This document shows positions 19,641 through 30,116 of a stretch of DNA of 36,080 nt, in pieces. The notes beneath the pieces are model-generated. The model made no database searches. It was given only the letters and a program-made list of their open reading frames with translations, and was not told the DNA's origin. Position 1 is the stretch's first letter; the number at the start of each line of letters is the position of its first letter. The position numbers and the translations under genes are program-made. The stretch comes from Synechococcus sp. (lineage in GTDB: Bacteria > Cyanobacteriota > Cyanobacteriia > Thermostichales > PCC-7336), in assembly GCA_051439425.1 (NCBI GenBank), contig JBFRWD010000003.1:1-36080 (forward strand). Direction: 5' to 3'.

Positions 19641-20213
19641 AGATTGCCGAGAGGAATAAAAATGAACTCTAGCTTAGCCCGCTTACTCTTCACGGCATCG
19701 ATTCAGTTCCAAAACCGGTGACAGCGAAGGGTATCGCAGAGATCGCATTGGTTCATTTTAATAGGCAACCCCTCGCCACGTAAGATTTGCCCTTCAGGGA
19801 CACGTATATCGGCTATAAGGTCTAGAGTCGGGAGACAGCTTAAAGCCTTTAAAGCCTCTACTTACTGACTCAACTGCTGACCAAACTGAACAGGATTGCC
19901 ATCAACCAGAGTCTCGGCTTCATCTAATTTGGCATGACTTTGGGCGGGTGGAAGCATTGGCTCGAGCATCAGTGAATGCTGTGCAACCAAGCGTCGCCAC
20001 CCACCAGGATGTTGGGGCAAGTGTTTTCACGCGATTGTTGACTGCTGCCAAAGCCACAGTGGAGTCACCCAACTTCGCGCCCCAGTCTGTGTTGGCACTC
20101 CAACCAAATCGTGTCCCAGCCCAAATAAACGTAGTCACAAAAAATTCCTCTCACATTTGTCTACATAAATTAACAATGGGGCTAAACTGAGTTTAACGAA
20201 TGGGATAACGCTT

Positions 20214-20432
20214 GTGTCCGATCGCGAACAAATTCAGTTTCTGCGGGAAGAGTTCTCGATATCAGTAGAGGAACTTGACCTAGCAATCCGCCATGCCCAG
20301 CGCCTCAAGGGTTCGTTGCATATGGTCTTGTGGCAATTTGGGTTGATTACTCTCGACCAGCTCGACGCGCTGATTGGTCGAACGATATCTGGAGAGTATT
20401 CCTCCAGCAGCACATCCGCGATGGGTGCTTAG
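20214..20432 (+). CDS. DUF2949-like small cyanobacterial protein
   Basis: QFLREEF.IS and L.MVLWQFGLITLDQL motifs. Confidence 0.75.
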   Translation: MSDREQIQFLREEFSISVEELDLAIRHAQRLKGSLHMVLWQFGLITLDQLDALIGRTISGEYSSSSTSAMGA

Positions 20433-20516
20433 AGTCAGTTTTTTCTCAGATATCCACCCACCCCTCTCTAATTTTCATTTAGACCCTTTTCTAATCTTTG
20501 GAGCCCGTAACGTTTC

Positions 20517-20981
20517 ATGACTGCAACTCAGATTTCATCTGCCTCCTCCGCTGCGACTGAAGCATCTCCGTTTCAAGTCTTTCTGGACACCGTTGTTGTC
20601 CGTGGAGGGTTGGATAGCGACTACGATGCTCGCGATATTGCAGAGGTTGTCTTCCGCACGATGCGCGATGTCATGCCTACCGAGACATCCAGTCGTATCG
20701 CAGACGAACTAGCTGTCCAATCGGCACCTCTCTCGGAATTGTGGAGAGATACCAATGTATTGGTGCGTTGGTTAAGCCAGGTTCGCCCAGTGCTGGACAT
20801 CCGTGACGATGTATTTGTCCGTCGCATTCAACAAGAGGCAGGCGTTCCTCTTAACGTCAATGCTGCTGATGTGATGGCAGCCGTATTTGGGGGAACCAAG
20901 CAGGTATTGAGTACTGAGTCTGCTGCAGAAATTGCCAAGCATTTGCCCGGTCAAATTCGGATGGAGTGGAACCGAGCCTAG
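20517..20981 (+). CDS. DUF2267-like protein
   Basis: YDARDIAEVVFRTMRD.M and C-terminal EIA..LPG.IR..W motifs. Confidence 0.75.
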   Translation: MTATQISSASSAATEASPFQVFLDTVVVRGGLDSDYDARDIAEVVFRTMRDVMPTETSSRIADELAVQSAPLSELWRDTNVLVRWLSQVRPVLDIRDDVFVRRIQQEAGVPLNVNAADVMAAVFGGTKQVLSTESAAEIAKHLPGQIRMEWNRA

Positions 20982-21070
20982 ATCGGCCTTGGAATCACAC
21001 TAAAGTCGAGCGAGATACCGGAGTATACTTGGTGCATCGATTTGCTGTCGTCTTAGCACCTATCTCGGTT

Positions 21071-21511
21071 GTGGAATTGTCCTGTAAAAGCGAATACGCC
21101 CTGCTCGCAATGTTTGCATTGGCTCAGAATTACAGTTCTGGCGAGCCCTTACAGATCAAATCAATCGCCACTCAGCAAGGGATTCCCGAACGCTATCTAG
21201 AGCAATTGCTTGCAACGCTGCGCCGCCAAGGATTGGTGCGCAGCTTGCGCGGAGCAAAGGGAGGGTACTTACTCGGACGGGAACCCTGGACTATTCAGTT
21301 ATTTGAAATTATTGAGGCGATCGAAGGGGGAGACACTAGCAAACCGCGAAACGCTGCGGGGAAAGTGGACACCCTCGAGCAGGATATTTTGCAAGACACC
21401 TGGACAGAAGTTCGCTCCGCGGCCAACGCAGTGTTGCGGAAGTACACGTTACAAGACCTTTGCGATTTAAGAGCCCAGCGCCAACGGGCCAATGTGATGT
21501 ATTACATTTAG
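21071..21511 (+). CDS. Rrf2-family transcriptional regulator lacking the 3-Cys Fe-S motif
   Basis: GTG start giving MELSCKSEYALLA; IPERYLEQ and V.S.RGAKGGY.L motifs. Confidence 0.9.
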   Translation: MELSCKSEYALLAMFALAQNYSSGEPLQIKSIATQQGIPERYLEQLLATLRRQGLVRSLRGAKGGYLLGREPWTIQLFEIIEAIEGGDTSKPRNAAGKVDTLEQDILQDTWTEVRSAANAVLRKYTLQDLCDLRAQRQRANVMYYI

Positions 21512-21621
21512 GGCAACCCGGCCGATCGGCGTTCTGCAATGGTTTTAAGCCGCAGATTCCATTACGCAAGCCGGCGCCCTAATGGGTGATGGTCTTGCTG
21601 ATGTGCCTGTAGCCGTCCAGC

Positions 21622-23628
21622 GTGATGAGGAATGTGACTGTGTCCACTGCTTTGCAACTGCGCCGTCGCTCGCAGCTTTTAGGCACACCTGTGTTTATTG
21701 AGGGGGCGATAGAGCGGCTGGGGTTTGTGTCGCAAGTTTGGGTCGACGTACATACCCTCAGAGTGGTGGGGTGGTCGATTCGATGCGATCGCTCGTCAGT
21801 ATCCAGTGGGCCGGCATCCAATGGGTCAGCATCCACAAATTCAACACCCAGTGTGGCAGTAGCGCTATCCACCTCGAAACTGTTGGGTACGGGTGCGCTA
21901 CTACTTAACTCAGATGCATTATCGACTCCGATAAACACCGCTGCTTACGTTCGGTTAATTCCGCAAATTTTGCAGACCGAAACGGGGGTGTCGTTAGGTC
22001 GACTGAAGGACTTTACGTTCGATATGGCTTCAGGAGCGATCGTCTCGGTTCGCACCTCCGGCACTGGCATTCCTCTCCTGCCTCCTGCCATAGACAGTAC
22101 CTTTGAAATCCCCCGTACTGACTTAATCTCCGGTGACTCTTTAACCGCTGCAGATGGCACTGAAGAGCGATTGACGCTGTTGAAGCGAGGACTATTAGAA
22201 CAGGCAGGTATTGGCAAGTTCAATTGGGCACTCCCCCTGTCAGCCAGCGATGCTCCTGCCCCTGATGAAACGACCCTGGAGGCGATCGCGGCAGCCGCCG
22301 CAGTTCCTCTATCGGTTGAAACCACGAGTGCTGAGCCAAATATACCGACGTCTACTGGTGCTGAAACAACCAGAGACGCTGAAGCGGCCAGGGACGCTGA
22401 AGCGGTTGAAGACTCTGAGGCATCACATTCTGAGGCAGCAAGCCTTGTTGATGCCGATACGGGCTCTACCGATACGAACTCATCGGAACCTGCAAGCGAT
22501 CGCATCACCGACGAGAAACCGCTGGATCGGGCGATCGATACCTTGACATCCACTCTCCAGCCCCTCTTGCAAAAGTTGCCATCTTCTCTCCGTCAGAAAC
22601 TAGGTCTATCCGATGTCGAACCAAAAGAAGCCTCTCCATCTGGCAGCCCCACAACATCAGAGGATGCCGAAGAGGTTGCTGACCCGAATGAAACTATCGA
22701 GGGCTCAGTGGAACAGGACATTACGGTTAGTACGACTGAGTCCATTGAGGAAGATACGGCTGAGTCCAGCGAACCAGACGCTGCAGAATCTTCCATTGAT
22801 TTATCTGCCGGGGTTTCTAACAAAACCATCGAAGAAATGGAGGCAGAGGAGAACGAGCCAGATATTTCTCCAGAATCATCAGTGGATAAGGAGTCCGTTG
22901 ATGAGGACGGAGTAACGACAGCTCCAGCCCCAAGCGACCCCGAGGCATTACAGGAAGAGGAGGACTTGGAGGAGGAATCTGAAGAACCATCCGAGAGTGT
23001 GGAGCAGATAACGCAGGAGGTTGGGGGCGAGGCTCAACTGGAAGTTAGTATGGCAAGCGAAAAAGAGGATAGTGCGGAGCCCGATCGCCCATCGGCTACA
23101 GCTGAACCAGAAGCACCGACACCTGATTCTTCTGATGAGGAATTTGACGCTGCAGTCACGAGTGACGGCGTTGAATCCCCGTCCAACACCGAGCCCAACC
23201 ATGCTGAAATTGAGGCGGTTGAAACGGACACTAATGGTGTCGAAACTCAAACCAGTGACGATGGTTCGACCAGTGACGATGGTTCAATCAGTGACGAGGC
23301 TCAAACCATCACTGAAACGGTTGTTGCTACCGCGTCGATGGCAGTCACAAACGGGATTTCCAGCTCTCAAGCAGCGATAGAAAGCGTTCCTCCATCATCT
23401 CCTCAAGTCGCTCCGTCAACCTCAGCGTCACCCCCCTCCGACGACACCATTCCTCCAGCATTACAAACATCCCTACCCCGCGTTCCTCGTTCGGCCTCTC
23501 AGTCCGCAAGCACACCATCTCGAACCAAACAGGGAACCCCTCTCCAAAGTTTTGTGTCCCTGCCTAAGCCCAAAGGCTGCGTTCCCAAATCAGGTGGTTT
23601 GTTCGAGCCGAAGGTGAAGGGCAGCTAG
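21622..23628 (+). CDS. PRC-barrel-like protein with long acidic, low-complexity C-terminal region
   Basis: RRSQLLGT.V, LG.VSQVWVD and TETG..LGRLKDF.FD motifs, followed by ~450 aa rich in E/S/D/T/P. Confidence 0.7.
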   Translation: MMRNVTVSTALQLRRRSQLLGTPVFIEGAIERLGFVSQVWVDVHTLRVVGWSIRCDRSSVSSGPASNGSASTNSTPSVAVALSTSKLLGTGALLLNSDALSTPINTAAYVRLIPQILQTETGVSLGRLKDFTFDMASGAIVSVRTSGTGIPLLPPAIDSTFEIPRTDLISGDSLTAADGTEERLTLLKRGLLEQAGIGKFNWALPLSASDAPAPDETTLEAIAAAAAVPLSVETTSAEPNIPTSTGAETTRDAEAARDAEAVEDSEASHSEAASLVDADTGSTDTNSSEPASDRITDEKPLDRAIDTLTSTLQPLLQKLPSSLRQKLGLSDVEPKEASPSGSPTTSEDAEEVADPNETIEGSVEQDITVSTTESIEEDTAESSEPDAAESSIDLSAGVSNKTIEEMEAEENEPDISPESSVDKESVDEDGVTTAPAPSDPEALQEEEDLEEESEEPSESVEQITQEVGGEAQLEVSMASEKEDSAEPDRPSATAEPEAPTPDSSDEEFDAAVTSDGVESPSNTEPNHAEIEAVETDTNGVETQTSDDGSTSDDGSISDEAQTITETVVATASMAVTNGISSSQAAIESVPPSSPQVAPSTSASPPSDDTIPPALQTSLPRVPRSASQSASTPSRTKQGTPLQSFVSLPKPKGCVPKSGGLFEPKVKGS

Positions 23629-23642
23629 TAATACTGATGTAA

Positions 23643-24113
23643 CTACTGGGACTGGCGTAATTGCTGAAACCACTGTTGCAACAGTTGCCGACATTCCTGC
23701 TCCAAAACACCACCAATCGCCTCCGGCTGATGAAACAGTGCCGCACTGGCAGGCAAATTGAGCACACTACGAATTGCACCTGCCTTGGGATCGTCTGCCC
23801 CGTATACCACTCGGGCAATCCGGGCCTGAGACAGAGCACTAGCACACATGGGGCAAGGCTCTAGAGTGACGTACAGCGTACAGTCGGTCAGTTGCCAATC
23901 TTGAAGAACGACCCCAGCTTTGCGAAGCACCACAATTTCGGCATGGGCGGTCGGATCGCGATCGCGTTCTCGGCGATTACTTCCCTCTGCCAGTAATTGG
24001 CCGCGACCATCCACCACCAGCGCTCCCACCGGAATTTCTCCTGCTTTACCAGCAGCTTCGGCTAATGCGATCGCCCGTCTCATCCAAGTTTGATGGGAAG
24101 TGCTGGTTGTCAT
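23643..24113 (-). CDS. tadA: tRNA adenosine(34) deaminase
   Basis: GEIPVGA, DPTAHAE, TLEPCPMC and DPKAGA motifs. Confidence 0.93.
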   Translation of the reverse strand: MTTSTSHQTWMRRAIALAEAAGKAGEIPVGALVVDGRGQLLAEGSNRRERDRDPTAHAEIVVLRKAGVVLQDWQLTDCTLYVTLEPCPMCASALSQARIARVVYGADDPKAGAIRSVLNLPASAALFHQPEAIGGVLEQECRQLLQQWFQQLRQSQ

Positions 24114-24139
24114 ATATAGCTTTCCAGCTCACTGTTCTA

Positions 24140-24234
24140 TAGCTATCCGTTCTAAGGTCTGGAGCGTTGGGACAGCTAGAATTCTTGTATTGGCAAAGAA
24201 AAGTACTTCGGAAACTCTCCATAGCAGATTGCCG
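24140..24234. repeat. ~95-bp MITE-like repeat, copy 1
   Basis: About 80% identical by eye to 28283-28376; imperfect 14-bp terminal inverted repeats; preceded by TA. Confidence 0.7.
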
Positions 24235-24402
24235 ATCGCCATAGAGCGGCTGAGTTATATAAGAACTTCACGACCTTTCGATCGGCTTCCTAGCTGAAAT
24301 GTCTGCAGTAGTATGGCCACGGCCGTAGCAGTTCCGAGTATCTCGGTAATTCCCAGATATCACAACTGCTTGCCATACAGCACAGTATCGAAACCTCCAA
24401 AG

Positions 24403-25005
24403 CTATACAGGAGCAACAACGCGCTCTGAATAGTCCTCCACTTTCGAAAACTCGAACGACCCCAGCACTGCTCCCCAAATTTGCTCGTCGGTTTCCACAT
24501 CCAAACCGCGATCCCAACTGTGAAAGTACTCTCGCGTAATGGTGAACTCCACAGAGAGATAGGTGAGGTGTCCATCCCGCTCCACCTGGCAATCTTTGGT
24601 CGGAACGCTAGCCCCCAAGAAACCAACTTCTTTGGGTTTTACCTGACTCAAGCAACCATTCAGAATCGTGAAATCATCTGCGGTCAGCTTGGCTATTTGA
24701 CTGGCATCTTTGTAGGCACCGATAAAGCGACTGGGATTTTTCAACAGATAATTCTGCATCCATAATCCTTCCTCTGTCTCGAAGATGCGGTAAGCCCCCT
24801 GGCGATAAGGATGGTCGGGATAGACATCGTAATACTGTTCCAGATATAGACCGGGCCCGTCGAATACCGACCACGACAAGGGACAATGTTGCACGTGAAT
24901 GTTGGCGTAATAGGCTGGCTTATCCATGGCTTGTGCAGGATTGTTGAAGTGGCCAGCCAAGCACCGAGTAAGTTCTAGTAAGTGCTCTGAAGGGCGATCG
25001 CTCAT
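24403..25005 (-). CDS. cpcT: T-type phycobiliprotein lyase (CpcT/RpcT)
   Basis: LAGHFNN..QA, YLEQ.Y, PYRQ and SWDRG.D.ETDEQIWG...G.FEF motifs; lies in the phycocyanin operon. Confidence 0.9.
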   Translation of the reverse strand: MSDRPSEHLLELTRCLAGHFNNPAQAMDKPAYYANIHVQHCPLSWSVFDGPGLYLEQYYDVYPDHPYRQGAYRIFETEEGLWMQNYLLKNPSRFIGAYKDASQIAKLTADDFTILNGCLSQVKPKEVGFLGASVPTKDCQVERDGHLTYLSVEFTITREYFHSWDRGLDVETDEQIWGAVLGSFEFSKVEDYSERVVAPV

Positions 25006-25078
25006 GGGGAGTTGTTGTTGCTGAGTGCAATACGAAATTGGAAATACTGGATGGCAAATGGTGGCCAGAGAGATGCTG

Positions 25079-25765
25079 CTACTGACTGGTTTTAAGGTCG
25101 CGAATCTCTTGTTGAGCCAGCCGAATTCGAGCCCTCACAATTAGCTGTTCATCTGTTTGCAAAGATTGGTCAAACGCGTCTTCGATCCGTTGACCGTATT
25201 CCAGTGTCGCTGAAGAGGGTTCAGAGGTTTGGAGTTGTTGAATGAGAGCGTTCGCTAACTCTTGCAGACCAACCACTGCTGCGTACCGAACAATCCATTC
25301 TTCGTCGCCAATTTTTTCGATCAGGGTGTCCAAAGCTTGACCTTGGGCGGGAGCGATCGCCTCCGGGCTCATTTGCCCCCAGCGCACAAATCCCAACCCT
25401 TTGGCTGCTGCACGTCGCACACTAAAGGAAAAATCTGTCATGGCTGCATCCCGCAAAATCTGCAAGCCTCGCGGATCGCCAATCCCAGCCAGTGCACGCA
25501 CAGCCCACGACCTCGCCGTGTAGTTGTAACCGTCCATCAACTCCAATAGCGGAATAACGGCAGGCTCGCCAATTTGGATCAACCCGTCCACTGCAGCCAC
25601 GGCTGCACCTGGGTTGTTGTACCCCAAGACTTCAATCAGGGTGGGGATGGCGTCTAGCGAACGCGTGTCTGCCAATGCTTCGACGGCATCCAACATGGCA
25701 TCAGCGGAATCAGCAGCGTCAATCGCCCGAATTAACTCCGCACAGGATGGCGCGTGCAAGCTCAT
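25079..25765 (-). CDS. cpcF: Phycocyanin alpha-84 lyase subunit F (CpcF/RpcF)
   Basis: LGYNNPGAAVAAVDGL, DGYNYTAR.WA.RALAGIGDPR and SVRRAAAKGLG motifs. Confidence 0.92.
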   Translation of the reverse strand: MSLHAPSCAELIRAIDAADSADAMLDAVEALADTRSLDAIPTLIEVLGYNNPGAAVAAVDGLIQIGEPAVIPLLELMDGYNYTARSWAVRALAGIGDPRGLQILRDAAMTDFSFSVRRAAAKGLGFVRWGQMSPEAIAPAQGQALDTLIEKIGDEEWIVRYAAVVGLQELANALIQQLQTSEPSSATLEYGQRIEDAFDQSLQTDEQLIVRARIRLAQQEIRDLKTSQ

Positions 25766-25767
25766 AT

Positions 25768-26601
25768 TTATAACAAGGTATCCATTAGTTTCAAAATGCC
25801 ACCCACTTCATCGGAGATGGCCATTGGCTCGTCATTGGCAAAATGGTTATCGAGCAATCCTTTGATCGCAATCAGTTTAAGGCTGTTTTCTGCCAATGTT
25901 TCAGCGATCGCGGGCGCAGCAGGGAGATAATTCGTTGCGCCTAAATCCATTAGAGCCGCCCGTCGCAACTGCAATTCTGACTCTTGCAACCCATCAATCA
26001 GCCGATCGCCAAACTGACTAGCGCCAGTGATCAGATACAACGCTCGGGCTGCGGCAAACCGAACGCGAGCCACCGGATGGTCTAGGAATTCTTGGATTTT
26101 CTCCAGTTCGCTACTAGCGTTGAGAGCACCCAGTGCCTCTAATACGGCATCGTAGGGTTGAACCAGATGAGGTTTGCCTGGAACCATTTGAGCGGCTGCC
26201 ACGCCACCATCCAACAACGCAACTAGTGAGGGAATGCAACTGCGATCTCCCAGCATTTCCAATGACTGGGCTGCACCTTCGCGCACGTAATAGTCAGAAC
26301 ATTGCAGACAATTAATTAGAGCAGGTACGGCACTTACAGCGTTCATTTTGCCAAGCGCACGGGCAGCATTGCGACGCAGGGGATATCCACCGTCTTCCGT
26401 GCGATCGTCCGAGTCTTCCAGTGCAGTAATCAGCAACTCGATTGCTTCAGGATCGTCAATCCTGAACTTTCCCAGCCACCAAGCAGAATAGAATCTGAGG
26501 CCAAGGTCATTGCCCTTTAAATTGGCGATCGCCGTTTCTAACGTTAGCTGTTCGCCCTCTTCAAACTCTAGTGACTCAAAGCGATCGAGCACGATATTCA
26601 T
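25768..26601 (-). CDS. cpcE: Phycocyanin alpha-84 lyase subunit E (CpcE/RpcE)
   Basis: RFYSAWWLG, DRTEDGGYPLRRNAARALG, DYYVRE and AENSLKLIA motifs. Confidence 0.93.
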   Translation of the reverse strand: MNIVLDRFESLEFEEGEQLTLETAIANLKGNDLGLRFYSAWWLGKFRIDDPEAIELLITALEDSDDRTEDGGYPLRRNAARALGKMNAVSAVPALINCLQCSDYYVREGAAQSLEMLGDRSCIPSLVALLDGGVAAAQMVPGKPHLVQPYDAVLEALGALNASSELEKIQEFLDHPVARVRFAAARALYLITGASQFGDRLIDGLQESELQLRRAALMDLGATNYLPAAPAIAETLAENSLKLIAIKGLLDNHFANDEPMAISDEVGGILKLMDTLL

Positions 26602-26612
26602 CCACTACAAAC

Positions 26613-26657
26613 AAAAATCCGGGAAGGTTGCCAAACGTAGAGGCTAACCTACCCGGA
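26613..26657 (-). terminator. Stem-loop terminator/attenuator after cpcA
   Basis: TCCGGG.AGGTT ... AACCT.CCCGGA inverted repeat followed by TTTTT on the minus strand. Confidence 0.7.
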
Positions 26658-26673
26658 CTTATACAACTAGAGA

Positions 26674-27162
26674 CTAGCTCAGAGCGTTAATTGCGTAGTC
26701 GAAGTAAGCATTAGCTTCGACACCAGCATCGCCGGACAAACCGTGGTTTGCTTTGACGTACTTGAGAGCTTCGATGTACCAGCTAGGAGACAGTTCGAAG
26801 GTGCGGTTGATTTCATCCAACCCAGCAATCAAGTAGTCATCCATGGGGCCAGTGCCACCAACAATCAAGCAGTACGTAACCATGCGGATGTAGTAACCGA
26901 TGTCACGGGTGCACTTTGCCTTACCGGTGGGGGTAGAAGCATATGCAGGTCCCTGCATGGACGTGGTGTAAGGGAACTTCTGGTAAACCGCTTGTGCAGC
27001 ACCTTCAGCCAGAGTAGAGGCCTTAGAAGTCAGAGCCGTAGCAGCTTCCATGCATGCCTTAGCTTGCTGGAAACGACCGAAAGCAGATTGGATTTCGGTA
27101 GAGCTCAAAAAGCGTCCCTGAGAGTCAGCAGCCGCAACTGCCTCGGTAAGAGGGGTTTTCAT
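26674..27162 (-). CDS. cpcA: Phycocyanin alpha subunit
   Basis: 162 aa; [20 protein letters not shown]; chromophore Cys84 in [19 protein letters not shown]. Confidence 0.97.
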   Translation of the reverse strand: MKTPLTEAVAAADSQGRFLSSTEIQSAFGRFQQAKACMEAATALTSKASTLAEGAAQAVYQKFPYTTSMQGPAYASTPTGKAKCTRDIGYYIRMVTYCLIVGGTGPMDDYLIAGLDEINRTFELSPSWYIEALKYVKANHGLSGDAGVEANAYFDYAINALS

Positions 27163-27237
27163 TGTTTAAAAATCTCCGATGCTTTAGTTAAGCGTTTGGT
27201 CTAGAAAAGGTATTTAGTGAACTACCAGATTCAATGA

Positions 27238-27756
27238 CTATGCAACTGCGCTAGCAGCAATATCGAAGTAGTTACCAACTTCAGTCATCAGGCTGGAGCA
27301 GTCGCCACGAGTGATGCCGTTTGGATCGTTAGCAATCTTAATAGCAGCGGCCTTCATCTTTTGAACGCCCAGAGCAACAGAAGCACCAGGAGTGCCCAGA
27401 GCCAAGTAGGTCTCGCGCAGGCCGTTCAGGCAGCGGTCATTCAGTACGCTGGCATCGCCATTGAAGATAGCGTAGGTGATGTAGCGCAGGATGATTTCCA
27501 TGTCACGCAAGCAAGCGGCCATACGGCGACTGGTGTAAGCATTACCACCAGGTGCAATCAGCTGAGGCTGCTCTGCAAACAGCTCGCGAGCTGCGCTAGC
27601 AACGATTGCCGAAGAGTTGCTGGTGATGCGGTTAACGGTATCCATGCGCTTGTTGCCATCGGCAACAATTTGATTTAGAGCACTCAGCTCAGAACTGGAG
27701 AGGTATGCTCCCTTAGCATCGGCCTGAGCTACAGCCTTAGCAAACGCATCAAACAT
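27238..27756 (-). CDS. cpcB: Phycocyanin beta subunit
   Basis: 172 aa; [14 protein letters not shown] (Cys82) and GDCSSL (Cys153); AGGAG RBS. Confidence 0.97.
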   Translation of the reverse strand: MFDAFAKAVAQADAKGAYLSSSELSALNQIVADGNKRMDTVNRITSNSSAIVASAARELFAEQPQLIAPGGNAYTSRRMAACLRDMEIILRYITYAIFNGDASVLNDRCLNGLRETYLALGTPGASVALGVQKMKAAAIKIANDPNGITRGDCSSLMTEVGNYFDIAASAVA

Positions 27757-28282
27757 TTATTCGAGTCTCCTACTTAGCTTTTTGGTTAAGGACGATTGTC
27801 ATAGGAAAATGCAACACTGAGCTTAATCTAAAAATCTCTAAACTGAATGTTCAGCTAAGAAATGTGAAGCACAGGCACCTGGCCATTATAAAGTCACTCT
27901 GACTCTGGTTTCCCTGGTTATGGAGAGAAATCAACAAGACTTTATGTGCACGATCTAGATGCTGGCCATTAAACGTGAAAACCTTGACATCGCCTCTACG
28001 CTGGCAGGTTGGGCTGCATCGCGGTCTTCGATTTCTCTTTATACAATGCGGTCGTTTCGCGGTCTGGTGAAAATTTTTATTTGTTTACACGCCAGTAATA
28101 CAGTTGACTTCACCCACTCACTGCTGGGGGTTACCAGCATTAAAAGGGCACGAGGTCAATCAGGAGATTTTGCGATCTGTCTCATTTCTTGACCGAGTTT
28201 TATGACCAAAAATTATCATTGCGCTCGCATCAGCCTGTCCCGGCTCTCTGGATACTTCAACGGTAGTCTGCGGGTGCTTGTA

Positions 28283-28376
28283 CAGCAATCTGCTCTAAGG
28301 TCTGGAGTGTTGAGACAGCTAGAATCCTTTATTGCTAAGGAAAAGTACTTAGGAAACTGCCCATAGCGGATTGCCG
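28283..28376. repeat. ~95-bp MITE-like repeat, copy 2
   Basis: CAGCAATCTGCTCT ... ATAGCGGATTGCCG (11/14 inverted match); same orientation as copy 1. Confidence 0.7.
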
Positions 28377-28586
28377 AAGCTATATTTCCGTCAGAGTGAC
28401 AGAGGCCATAAATGGCTAAGAGGAAGTGACCCAAACGAGACGAGCCACGTTTGAGCCTGTTTACCCCATGTCCCGAAGCTGGAAATTGGGGAAGAGAGTG
28501 TTATCGAAGTAGAAAACTCATTTAGTGAAATTTGCCCCCCTCTCATACGAATGAGAGGTCTCAATCGCATCTTAAACTGCTAACCC

Positions 28587-29339
28587 CTAGGAGATCGCCC
28601 CTTCCGGTAACTTGCGCTCAAGGTCAAACAAGAAACCGTGGATATACTCTTCCGTCCATTCCGGGCCATAAAAGCGCGTCAACATGCCTCTGGCAGGATC
28701 TTTCTCCGCCCTATATCGCAAGTATGCCAACTGAGCCTGCATAATCCTGGAGAGTTCTGCAGGGTTGTCAATCTCTTCGGCTTGGTCCACAAAATCGATA
28801 TAGAGGTTCAAATAGTCCTTAAAGCAGTCGAACACCTGCGTCTCGACAACGTCCGTTTCGCTGGGGCGTGTCCAGACAAATGCGGGCGAGAAAAATTGCT
28901 GTGCCTCTTCGGGAAAGTCTCCCCCCCAGGGTAAATGTTGCTGGTGGCGGCGGAAGGTTGGCATGACCGGATCGGCATACTTGGCGCGGTAAGCAGGTTC
29001 GTCCCGAAACAAAGGCTGCATATCGATCGCGATCAAATGTCCGCCCGGCAGCGTGACTAAGTCCGCGCCAAAGAACGGTAAATCGTAGGTGGGGTGCGGA
29101 AAAATAACAAAATTCAGCACCTGCAGGGCATCTCCCCCCTGAACGTGGGCGGCCCGAATTTGACGCAGTTTGGGGGTTTGGTATCCGTGACTGGTGGTCA
29201 GGACTTCTGCCTGTCGTTTGCCTTTGCCGGTCATAGCCGACTTTTGCTCAAAGCCTTCTGGAATTGGATAGGGGGTTACCTGCAGGCGATCGGACAGAGT
29301 GGCGATCGCATGGTCGAGAAACGGCTGATAAATTGTCAT
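28587..29339 (-). CDS. pebB: Phycoerythrobilin:ferredoxin oxidoreductase
   Basis: [33 protein letters not shown] and [11 protein letters not shown] motifs. Confidence 0.95.
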   Translation of the reverse strand: MTIYQPFLDHAIATLSDRLQVTPYPIPEGFEQKSAMTGKGKRQAEVLTTSHGYQTPKLRQIRAAHVQGGDALQVLNFVIFPHPTYDLPFFGADLVTLPGGHLIAIDMQPLFRDEPAYRAKYADPVMPTFRRHQQHLPWGGDFPEEAQQFFSPAFVWTRPSETDVVETQVFDCFKDYLNLYIDFVDQAEEIDNPAELSRIMQAQLAYLRYRAEKDPARGMLTRFYGPEWTEEYIHGFLFDLERKLPEGAIS

Positions 29340-29387
29340 GTGGGTGGGCTGTGGGATTTGCTATAGATTGAATAGCTGTGGGTTGAG

Positions 29388-30116
29388 TTAGCTGTGAGCC
29401 ACGGCAAGAGGTTGAGCATCTTCAAACAGAAACTCGTATAAGAACTGGTTGGCCCAATCGCCGCCAAAATAAGAGCTAAACAGGCCGTGAGCCGGATCGC
29501 GTTCCGCACTGTACTGGTCGTAGTCTTTCTGAGCTTTGACCACGCGTTGAATATCGGACGGATCGGTTAGAGTTTCGGCATGCTCCAACAGGTCCCAGTA
29601 AAAGTCCAAGTAATCTTTGAATGCGTCAAAGACGCGCGTGGAAACGGTTTCGGCATCAGTTTTAGCAAACAGCAAGTACTTCGAGAAGTATTGGTTAGCA
29701 TCGTAGAACTTCATCTCAAGATCTTGAGCCAGATCGCTGTACTTGTCTTTCAGCGTTTTCAGAGGCTCGATGTACTTGTTTAGATATGCGTCGTCTTGAA
29801 ACAGGGGTTGGCAATCCAGCACGACCAGAATCTTTTTTTTGCCAAACGACAGGAAGTCAACGCCTAATAGGGGAATATCGTATTGGTGGCTAGGGTAGAT
29901 GACGCTATTAAAAACCTGAGCTGCTACACCTGCATCAATATATGTATAGCGAATCTTGCGCAACTCGGGACATTGGTAGCACCAGCTTTGGATGCTGGCA
30001 GAATGCTTGCCACGATCGCTGCTGTTGTGCTCCAATCCAGCTGGGATAGCGCGCGGAGACAGATCGAAGCGGTCAAAAATCGATTTCTCTAAATGCTTTA
30101 AGAACAGCTCGTACAT
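29388..30116 (-). CDS. pebA: 15,16-dihydrobiliverdin:ferredoxin oxidoreductase
   Basis: RYTYIDAG, NSVIYP, FYDANQYFSKYLLF and YDQYSAERDPAHGLF motifs. Confidence 0.95.
   Translation of the reverse strand: MYELFLKHLEKSIFDRFDLSPRAIPAGLEHNSSDRGKHSASIQSWCYQCPELRKIRYTYIDAGVAAQVFNSVIYPSHQYDIPLLGVDFLSFGKKKILVVLDCQPLFQDDAYLNKYIEPLKTLKDKYSDLAQDLEMKFYDANQYFSKYLLFAKTDAETVSTRVFDAFKDYLDFYWDLLEHAETLTDPSDIQRVVKAQKDYDQYSAERDPAHGLFSSYFGGDWANQFLYEFLFEDAQPLAVAHS

Noticed and set aside
19948..20190. 80-aa ORF in the rseP upstream region
   Set aside because: No RBS, motif or family resemblance to support it.
25079..26601. PecE/F or RpcG lyase-isomerase
   Set aside because: E and F are separate genes, and F lacks the HC-containing isomerase motif.
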